This document shows positions 18,181-28,400 of a stretch of 42,769 nucleotides of DNA, in pieces. Position numbers and translations under genes: made by a program. Source of the stretch: Anaerolineae bacterium. Its GTDB lineage: Bacteria > Chloroflexota > Anaerolineae > Epilineales > Epilineaceae. Numbering within the stretch: the first letter of the stretch is position 1; each line of letters begins with the position of its first letter. Under the pieces are notes generated by a model. That model saw nothing but the letters and a program-made list of their open reading frames with translations, was not told where the DNA came from and did not search any database. The stretch covers positions 1 to 42,769 of the forward strand of contig JAJCYU010000237.1 in NCBI GenBank assembly GCA_029262755.1, in the 5' to 3' direction.

Positions 18181-19278
18181 TCAACGCGGGCGGCGGTAGA
18201 AGGGGCGGCGAACAACCCGCGCCGGCACCGGGCGTCCCCGCACATCGACCTCGACGGCCGTGTCGAGCTTGCCGTGCGCGGGATCCACGTAGGCTAGCGC
18301 AATGGCTCGATCCAGCGTCGGCGACATCGTGCCGGAGGTCACCGCGCCGACCACCTCACCTCCGACGGACACCGCGAAACCCTGGCGCGGAATGCCGCGC
18401 CCCTCGATCGCGAGCCCGACGAGCTTGCGTGGCGCGCCGTTCTCGAGCTCGGCGCGGAAGCGGTCCTGGCCGACCATCGGTACTTCGAGACCCGGCTTCT
18501 CCATCTCGACGAAACGCTTCAGCCCGCACTCGATCGCGCTCGTCTCTTCGTCCAGCTCGTGACCGTAGAGCGGCATCGCCGATTCCAGGCGAAGGCTATC
18601 GCGTGCACCGAGGCCGCAGGGTTGGATATCGTGCTCCGCCCCGGCCGCCATCAGCGCGTCCCAAAGCTCCGGCGCATCTTCCGGCTCGCACATGATCTCA
18701 AAGCCGTCTTCGCCGGTGTATCCCGTGCGCGAGACCATCGTCTGGCAACCCGCCACCGTGCCGCGGCCGAAGTGGTAGTAGTCCATCGTCCATATCGGCA
18801 GGCGCGTCAGCGGGGCAAGCGTCGTTGCCGCGAGCGGACCCTGCAATGCAAGCAGCGCCTTGTCGTCCGAGCGATCGTGGAGCGTCACGCGGCCTTCCAG
18901 CCGGCCTTCGAGCCAGGCACGGTCCTTGTCGATATTGCTCGCGTTGACCACGAGCAGGAAGGCCTGCTCATCCAGGCGGTAGACCAACAGATCGTCCACC
19001 GTCCCACCCTGCTCGTTGGGCAGGAGGGTGTATTGCGCCTGGCCGTCGGCAAGTTCCGCGACATCGTTGGTCAGCAGTCGGCGCAGCTCGCGCTCGGCGT
19101 GGTCGCCGAAGATCACGAACTCGCCCATGTGGCTGACGTCGAACAACCCGACTCGGGTTCGCACGGCTTCATGCTCGGCCTTGATGCCCGCGTACCACGT
19201 GGGCATTTCCCAGCCGCCGAAATCGGTCAGACGTGCGCCGGCGGCGCGGTGCTGCTCGTAGAGCGGGGTGCGCTTCAC
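18181..19278 (-). CDS. gcvT: Glycine cleavage system aminomethyltransferase T
   Basis: KRTPLY, DFGGWEMP, EHEAVR..VGLFDVSHMGE, SRTGYTGEDGFEI, GLGARDSLRLE and PLYGHEL motifs. Confidence 0.96.
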   Translation of the reverse strand: MKRTPLYEQHRAAGARLTDFGGWEMPTWYAGIKAEHEAVRTRVGLFDVSHMGEFVIFGDHAERELRRLLTNDVAELADGQAQYTLLPNEQGGTVDDLLVYRLDEQAFLLVVNASNIDKDRAWLEGRLEGRVTLHDRSDDKALLALQGPLAATTLAPLTRLPIWTMDYYHFGRGTVAGCQTMVSRTGYTGEDGFEIMCEPEDAPELWDALMAAGAEHDIQPCGLGARDSLRLESAMPLYGHELDEETSAIECGLKRFVEMEKPGLEVPMVGQDRFRAELENGAPRKLVGLAIEGRGIPRQGFAVSVGGEVVGAVTSGTMSPTLDRAIALAYVDPAHGKLDTAVEVDVRGRPVPARVVRRPFYRRPR

Positions 19279-19401
19279 GGATCATCGTCCCTGGGGCGTG
19301 CGCCCGACGGCGATCGGTGCGCGGGGCGTGCGCCTTACGCGGCAGGCTGCGGCCGGCGCGCGAGGCTCGCGAACGGGCGGCTCGACGGCTGCCCGTCGCG
19401 G

Positions 19402-19410
19402 ATTGTAGCA
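19402..19410 (-). promoter_or_regulatory. Extended -10 (TGcTACAAT) for gcvT-GNAT-mscS
   Basis: TGCTACAATCCGC is identical over 13 nt to the element at 13147-13159, and lies ~125 nt upstream of the gcvT GTG. Confidence 0.55.
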
Positions 19411-19455
19411 TGCCCCGCACGCCGTCGGGACGCGGGAGCCGGGGACCCTACACCC

Positions 19456-22400
19456 CTACCACGAACGCGGTGCGATGTAGTCCAGCCAGGCCGCGACGAG
19501 CAGGAGATCCGCCTTTCCGACACGGCCGTCTCCATCGAGATCGGCCAGCCGGTCGACCGGAGCCCGGCCGAATCGCGCCGCGACGCGGACGAGGTCCACG
19601 ACGTCGATCCGTCCGTCCCCGTTGTGGTCGCCCGCCGGCAGAACGGCCGTCGGCAGTTCGGCCGTGCTGCCCGCGCCCAGCGCGGGGCGGGCCTCTACGC
19701 GCAACCAGCCTTCGCGGAAGGCGGATACGACGCGCACACCGGGCGGTAGGCCGCACAACTGGAACGCGCCCGAAGGTGCCGTGCGCTCCAGCGGCAACCC
19801 GTCCACGGCCAGCCATGCCCCATGCCTCCCACGGCCCGGCAAGCGCACCTGGCCATCCACGCACGCGGTTTCGGACCGGGACCGCGCATCGATGTGCAAC
19901 GAACGCCCGGCCGCGGCAAGCACCTCACCTTCGGCGCCGCGTGCGATGACGCGGAACGCATAGTCGCGACCGGCCGGCAGCGGTCCGGAGAGCCATTGTC
20001 GGACATCGCCGGTCGAAGCGCCGTCGCCGGGTGGCACAACGGCAAGCGGCGCGAAGGGTGCCGAGCCGCCGCGGCCTTCGATGAGGTAGTCGGTCTCACC
20101 TTCGACCACATCTTCCCAGGTGAGGAAGGCCTGGCCGTCCCCAAAGGCGGTCGCGCTCATCGGGACATTGACCGGTAGCACCTCGACGAAGGCGAAGCCC
20201 GTGTTGTTGTCGAGCTGCAGGTCCGGCGTGTCGGAATCGACGATGACCGTGTTGGTAAAATGCAGCGCGGGTTGACCGGCGCCCGGCACGGAGAGCAGCT
20301 GGCCGGTCACCTCGTAGTCCACCCGGCCACCGCTCGGAATGTCGCCCAGCGCACAATTGATTCGAAAGTCGTCCAACCGCACGCACCCTGCAACGAGCGT
20401 CGTGCTGATCAGCCGCACCGCCGCGGGGTCCGTCGACGTGAGGGTATCGCTGACCACCGTGTTTAGGGCCGGGATCGGGCCGTTGTTGATCACCGTAACC
20501 GTGTAGGTGATCAACTCGCCCGCGATGGGCAGCGTTTCCGTAATGCTCTTTTTGATGAACAGATCGGCGGTGAAGGCCGGATCCACGATGCGCACGGACG
20601 CCTCATCCGTGTCGTTGGACGGATCGGGGTCATGCCCGCCGTTGGGCTGGCTGCTCGTGGCGGTGTTGGTCAAGACGCTACCGAAAAAGCCGCCGTCGAC
20701 GACGGCCACGATATCGAAGGCCGCGCTTGCTCCGGGCAGGATATTGCCGAGGTCGCATGCGAGGGTGCCGACCGGGCCCTGTACACAAGAGTCGGTGTCG
20801 GACAGGTAGCTCAGGCCGGCGGGCAGCGTGTCGGTCACGCGCACATCGCGCGCTAGGGCCGGACCGTCGTTGACCACCTCGAGGGCAAAGGTGACCGCAT
20901 CGCCCGTGGTCGCGTACGGCGGTGCGCCGTCCTTGGTCAGCGCAAGGTCCGCGGGGGCGTCGACATCGGTGACGTGCGTGCTCGTGTTGTTCGCGACGTC
21001 GACCTCTGCTTGGTCCGCGGCGACGTCCGCCCGGTTCACCAACTGGCTGCCCGCGGGCGCGTCCGCGTCCACGTCGACCACCACGGTCAGGGCCGTCGAT
21101 GCACCGCCGCCCAGGTCGCCGAGGTCGCAGGCGAGCAGGGGTAGCCCGGAGGTGTCGCAGCCCGCGCTATCGGTGACGTAGGTCACGCTGACGGGCAAGG
21201 TGTCGCTGATGGCCACGTTGGTGGCGGTCAGCAGACCGGTGTTGGTGATCGCGAGCGTCCAGGTCATGCGCAGGCCCGCGCTCACGCGATCGGCGAACAA
21301 GGCCACGCCGGGCGGGGAGCCGTCCGTCACGACCTCGCCGACGCCGGTCTTGTGAATCGCAAGATCGACCCCGACCCCTACCGCAACCTCGGCGCTGTCG
21401 GCGTTGTTGGACGGATCGGGATCGGGCGTGTCCGACGCGGTGCGCGCCACGTTGAGCGCAACCTGTCCCGTGAGGGTCAATGTGGCCGTGGCGTAGATCT
21501 CGACCACCGCCGTGCCGGCGGCCGCTAGATCGCCGAGCGCGCAAACGAGTATCGGCAGGCCGCTCGTATCGCAGACCGGCGAGGAGCCATCGAAGCTCAT
21601 CCCGGCCGGCAACGTGTCGGTCACTACCACGGACCGTGCCGTGGACGGGCCGTTGTTCGTGATCGCGAGGGTGAAGGTCACGGCCTCGCTCGCCGCGACG
21701 GACGTGGGATCCACGCGTTTGCTGAGCTCGAGATCGGCCCACCGGCCCACCGTGGTCTGTTGCTCGGCCGTGTTGTTGCTCGGATCGGGATCGGGCTCGA
21801 GGCCCCGCACGCCCGTGCTGTTGGTCAGCACGGTGCCCGCGTCCAGATCCCCATCGACGTCGACGACCACGATCACCGCGGCGCCTGCGCCGTTGGCGAG
21901 GTCCCCCACCGTGCAGGAGAGCTGCGGCAGGCCGCTCGTATCGCAGGCCGCATCATCGCTTACGTACAAAGTCCCCGCGGGCAGGGAATCGCTCACCACA
22001 ACGCCCGTGGCGTCGTCGGGGCCGTCGTTGATGACGCTCAGCGTATAGGTCAGGCGAGCACCGGCCGTGACCTGATCCGGTATGACCACGACCAGCGGCG
22101 GGCTACCCGCCGCGGTGACCGCGCCGGCGCCGCTCTTGGTGATGCGCAGATCCACGTCGGGCAGCTCGTCGACCACGTCCACGGAAGCGGTATCCGTGTT
22201 GTTGCTCGGATCGGGATCGCCGCCGCCGGTCAGTACGGCCGTCGCACCGTTGGTCACCGTCTCGCCGGCGGCCCCCGTGGCACGCGCGACGAGCTGGAAG
22301 CTCGCCGTGCCGCCCACCGCAATATCGCCCAGCTCGCAGCTGAGCACGGGTAGGCCGGTCGTGTCGCAGCCTGCGTCGTCGGACTCGTAGGTCAGGCCGG

Positions 22401-25400
22401 CGGGCAGGGTGTCGAGCACGCGCACGCCGCGCCCGAGCGACGGGCCGAGGTTGTCGACACGGATGCTGAAGGTAATGAGCTCGCCCTGCTCGACCACCCC
22501 GAACTCCGCGGTCTTGGTCAGCGCGAGATCGGCGAGTTCGGAAACCGTGGTGCTCTGGCTGGCCTCGTCATTGCCCGGATTGTCGTCGGGCTGGTCACCG
22601 CCGACGGTGACGTCGTTCTGGAGCACGCTGCCGCCCGCAACGCCCGGCGCGACGTCCACCAAGAGCGTGACGACCGCGTTACCGCCGCCGGCCACCGCAC
22701 CGACCGTGCACACGATGATCGGCGCTCCGCTGGTATCGCAAGGTACGTCGGCGCTGACGAAGGTGGTGCCCGCGGGCAACGTGTCCGTGACCACCACCCC
22801 GCTCGCGGCGAGCACACCGGCGTTGGAGACGCTGAGCGTGTATGTCAGGCGGTTGCCTGCCGTTACCTGGTCGGCCACCACGGCGACACCCGGCGGGGAG
22901 CCGGGCTGTGTGACGGCGCCGGCGCCCGTTTTGTCGATCGCCAGATCCACGCGATCTCCGGCGGCGCTCATGTCGACATCCACGTCCGCGCTATCGGTGT
23001 CGTTGGCCGGGTCCGGGTCCGTCCCGCCACCGGTCAGCTGGACTTCGGCTTCGTTGGTGAGGGTCTGACCGGCCGTCCCTGGCGCGGCCGTCGCCATGAT
23101 GCGAATGACGGCGCTTGCCCCGGGCGCCAGATCGCCCGCGTCGCAAAGAATCGTCGGCAAGGCGCTCGTGTCGCAGGCGCCGTCGTCGGAGGTGTAGGTC
23201 AGACCCGCGGGCAGCGTGTCGGAGACCACGACGTCTCCGCCGAGCGAAGGGCCGAGGTTGGTCGCGGTGAGCACGAAGGTCACCGCGGCGCCTTCGTCGA
23301 TGACGCCCGGCTCGGCCGTCTTCGTGACGGCCAGGTCAGCGGAGACGAACACGACCGTGTCCTGCGCAGCCTCGTTGTTGCCCGGGTTCTCGTCCGGCTG
23401 CTCCGCATCGACGCGGGCTTCGTTGTGCAGCACGTGGAAGTGCACAACGTCGGGTGAAACATCGACCGACACCGCCACCGTGGCCATCGCGCCGGGGCCG
23501 AGGTTGGGCGCGTCACACAAGATCACCGGCGCACCGGAGATGTCGCAAACCGTGCTCGCCGCGACGAAGGTCACACCGGCGGGCAAGGTGTCGGAGATGC
23601 GAATGCCCGTTGCCGCGACCGCGCCTTCGTTGCGTACGGTCAGGGTGTAGGTCAGGCGCCTACCGGCCGTCACGATGCCGGGGACGATGGCAAGCCCCGG
23701 GGGCGTGCTGCTGGTGACGAACTCACCCGCCCCGGTCTTGTCGATGCTGAGGTCCACCGGCGTGACGCTTTCGCGGATCTCGACGGTATCGCTGTCGCTG
23801 TTGTTGGACGGATCCGGATCGCTGCCGCCGCCGAGGTCGACGGTGGCCGTGTTGATCCAGGCCGTGTCGGTCGCGCCCGTGGCCGTGGCCACGATGCGCA
23901 GCTGGTCGAAGGCGCCCGGTCCAAGGTCCGCCACACCACAGGTCAGGGTCGGCAGACCGGTCGCGTCACAACCCGCGTCGTCCGAGACGTAGGTCAGGCC
24001 GGCCGGGATGACGTCCGTCACGGCGATACCACGGGCCACGGAGGGCCCGAGGTTCGTCACGCGCAACGTGAACGTCGTGGCGTCGCCGGGCGCAAGGATG
24101 CGCGGATCCGCCGTCTTGGTAATCACGAGATCGGCGACGGCGCCCACCACCGTACGGTGCGTGGCGCTGTCGTTGCTCGGGTTGCCGTCCGGCGTCGACC
24201 CGCCGACGACGGCCATGTTGTCGAGCACGCTGCCGTCCAGCAGGTCGGCGTCCGTGTCGGCCACGATCTGGAAGGAGGTGTTGGCGCCCGCCGCGAGGTT
24301 GGGCAGCGCGCAGACCAGCACCGGCAGCGCGGAGGTGTCGCAGCCCGCGCTATCCGAGACGTAGCTCGTGCCGGCCGGCAGCGTGTCGGTCACGGTGACG
24401 CCGGTGGCGCCTGCCGGACCCGCGTTGCTCACGAAGAGCGTCCAGGTTAGGCGCCGACCGGCGGACACCGCGTCCGGCGTGACGACCACGGTCGGTGGGC
24501 TGCCCGGCGTGACGACCTCGCCTTCGCCGGTCTTGTCGATCGCAAGGTCGGCCTCGCCCGGATCGGGCTCGCGCACGACCACGATCGCGTCGTCGGTATC
24601 GTTGGACGGATCCGGATCGCTGCCGCCACCGGTCAACTGCACGGTCGCGGTGTTCGTCGCGCTCCGGCCGGCAAGCCCGGCCTCCACCGTGGCGGTAATG
24701 TCGAAGGAGGTGCTCGCGCCGGCTGCCAGATCGCCGAGCATGCAGCTAAGCGTTGGCAGGCCGGACGTGTCGCAGCCCGCGGAATCGGAGACATACGTCA
24801 ACGAGATGGGCAGCGTATCCTCGACCACGACGTCACGCGCCAAACTCGGCCCGTTGTTGGTTACGTCCATGGTGAAGACCACCTGTTGGCCTTCGACGGC
24901 AACGCTCGGGTCGGCGGTCTTCACGATGGCCAGATCGGCCGCCACGAGGACGGTCGTGGTCTGTTGCGCATCGTTGTTGTCGGTGTCGGGATCGTCCTCG
25001 ACGGCCGTGACGAGCACGGTGTTGATCCGCTGCGCACCGTCGGCCAATCCGGAGTCCACTTGGACGCGCACCACGACGCTGGCGGAAGATCCGACGGCAA
25101 GACCACCGATCGCGCAGACAACCAGCGGCGGCGCGCTTGCGTCGCAGCCGGCGTCGTCGGACAGGTGGGTCATACCCGATGGCAGGGTGTCGGTGAACAC
25201 GATGCCGCTTGCGCTACTCGGGCCGCCGTTGATCACCGTGAGGGTGTAGCTGAGCACCCGGCCGGCCGTGACCGTGTCCGATTGAAGCGTGACGATGGGC
25301 GGCGACCCCTGGCCGACGACCTCGCCTTCGCCCGATTTCACGATCCGTAGATCGGCCTGCGGAATCACCGTCGTCGTCGCCGTGTCTGTGTCGTTCGAGG

Positions 25401-28400
25401 GATCCGGATCGTCGGTGTCGGCACCGACCGTCGCGCTGTTGGTCAGCGACGCGCCGGGCGCGGCCGTCAGGTCGACCTGCACCACGATCTCGATCGAGGT
25501 CGAGGCGCCGGCAGCTAGGCTGCCCACGCTACAAACGACCGTGGGCAACGCGCTCGTGTCGCAGCCGCCATCGTCGGAGACATAGGTGGTGTCGGCGGGC
25601 AGGGTGTCGGTCACCACGACGCCATCGGCATCGCTCGGCCCGAGGTTCTGGATCAGCAAGGTGTAGGTAACGAGCCCGAGCGGCGCCTGGTCGTCGGGCG
25701 TGGCGGTCTTGGTGATGGCGATGTCGGCGGACGCAGAGACGTCGGTCTCCTGGCTCACCGTGTTGTCGCTAGGGTCGGCGTCGGCTTCGTCCGCACGCAC
25801 GCCGGCCAGGTTGGTCAGCAGCGTACCGTCGGGCACATCGGCGTCCACATCGACCACGACAACGACGACGGCCATGCCGCCCGCGGAGAGGTCCGGCAGG
25901 TTGCACACCAAGGTCGGCAAACCGACGGTGTTGCACGAGGCGCCGCCGGCGGAGACGAAGCTCACACCCGAAGGCAGGGTATCGGTCAGGACGACGTTCG
26001 TGGCCGTGGACGGGCCCACGTTGCTTGCGGTCAAGGTATAGGTCAGCCGTCGCCCCGCCGTTACGGAGTTCGGCAGGATGGAGGTGCCGGGCGGCGAGCC
26101 GGGTACGACCACCTCGCCCGCGCCGGCCTTGGCCACCGATAGATCCACAAGCGGTCGGATGCCGACCGTGGCATCGTCTTCGTCGTTGGACGGATCGGGA
26201 TCGGCCCCGTCGGACAGTGCGACACGCGCGGTGTTCGTCACGGTCTGGTCCGCGCCGCTCGCTTCGGCCCGTGCAGCGAGCTCGACGACGGCGACAGCGC
26301 CGGACGGCATGTCGCCCAGGGCGCACACCACCAACGGCAAGCCGGACGTGTCGCAGCCCGCGTCATCGGATTCATAGAGCAATCCGGCGGGCAGCGTGTC
26401 GGTCAGCACGACCCCGAAGGCCGTGCTCGGGCCGCCGTTGGCCACCGTGATCGTGAAGGTCACGAGCTCGCCGACGCCGACCGTGGTCGGATCGGCGATC
26501 TTGACCACGGCCAGGTCCGCGAAGCCGGACACGATCGTGGTTTGATCATCGCTGTTGTTGCTCGGATCGGGATCGATCTCGTTCGCGCCGACCTCGGCCG
26601 TGTTGAGCAGGCTGGAACCGTCGGCGACATCGGGCGCGACATCCACGACGATCACGACCGACGTGGCCGCGCCGGCGGCAAGGCTGCCGACCGCGCAAAC
26701 GATCACCGGTGCAGCAGAGGCGTCGCAGCCCGCGCCGCTCACGAAGCTCGTGCCCGCGGGCAGGGTGTCGGTCACGACAACCGCCGTGGCCGGCGACGGA
26801 CCCGTGTTGGTGATGAGCAGCGTGTAGGTCAGGCGCTCGCCGGCCGTCACTGCATTCGGCGTCTGTACCAGCCCGGGCGGGCTGCCCGCAACGACGACCG
26901 CACCCTCGCCCGTCTTGCGCAGCGCGAGATCGGCCTCTGCGACGACATCGAAGCCGTCGGTGTCTTGGTCGTTCGACGGATTGGGATCCGTCCCGCCGCC
27001 CGTCAGCTGCACGGATGCCGTGTTGCTCACCGATTGGCCGGCAAGCCCGGCTTCCACCGTGGCGGTGATGTCGAAGCCCGTGCTTGCGCCGGGCGCGAGA
27101 TCGCCGAGGAGGCAACTCAGGGTCGGCAGGCCGGAGGTATCGCAGCCCGCGGAGTCGCTGACGTAGGTCAAGGACATGGGCAGCGTGTCCTCCACCAGCA
27201 CATCGCGCGCCAAGCTCGGGCCGTAGTTGGTCACGGTGATCGAGAAGACCACGGGATCGCCCGTGGTCACCTGCGAGGGCGATGCGACCTTCTCGATGCC
27301 CAAATCGGCTGCGACCAAGACGAGGGTCGTCTGGTCGTCGTCGTTGTTGCCCAGGTTGGGGTCCGGGTCGTCGCCGCCGACGACCACGGTGTTGATCAGC
27401 GATGCGAAGGGCACTACATCGGCGTCCACATCAACGCCGATGGTGATGATCACCGTGGAACCTGCGGCGAGCGCGCCGATGTCGCAGCGCAAGGCGGGCA
27501 GGCCGAAGGTGTCGCAGCCCGCGTCGTCGTTCGCGTAGCTGACTCCGGCGGGCAGGGTGTCCGTGACGGTGACGCCGGTCGCGTCGGTCGGGCCGCCATT
27601 GGTCACGCTGAGCGTGTAGGTCAGCCTACGGCCCGCCGTCACCGCGTTGGGCGTGACCGTCACATCATCCGGCGCCGGTCCCGTGACGACCTCGCCCGCG
27701 CCGCTCTTGAGCACGCGCAGGTCCGCCAAGGTCGTGACGACGGTACGCGCTTCGTCCTCGTTGTTGCTCGGATCCGGATCGGGATTGTCGCCGCCGACCT
27801 CGGCCACGTTGTCCAACAACGTGCCGGCCGCAGCGCCTGGATCGACCTGCACTACGATGGTGACGACCACCGTCGCACCCGCGGCCAGGTTGCCGAGCGT
27901 GCAGGAAATCGTCGGTTCGCCCGACGCGTCGCATCCGGCGTCGTCCGAGACGTAGCTCGTGCCCGCGGGCAGCGTGTCGGTCACCAAGACGCCGGTAGTG
28001 TCGCTCGGTCCAAGGTTGTTCACGGTCAGCGTGTAGGTCAGCGGTCCGCCGGGCACCTGCTCATCGCGCGAGACATCCTTGCTGATGGCCAGATCGGCCA
28101 CGCGCTCTACGTCGGTCTCGAGGCTGTCGTCGTTGTTGTCCGGTTCGGGATCGTCTTCGTTGCCGCCCACGACCACGGTATTGGTGAGCGTGGCGCCATC
28201 GGCGGCGCCTGCGCCGACGCGTACCACGATCTCGATCAGGGTGCTCGCGCCGGAGGACAGCGGACCCACCGTGCACACGAGCACCGGCAGACCGCTTGCG
28301 TCGCAGCCGCCGCCGTCGCTCAGATAGCTCACGCCGGCCGGCAGGGTGTCGGTCACGACAACGCCGGTTGCGTCGCTCGGACCCAGGTTCTCAACCAGCA

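Noticed and set aside
19279..19400. Glycine riboswitch upstream of gcvT
   Set aside because: The GGAGA...CCGAAG...CUCUCAGG core motifs are not present on the minus strand.
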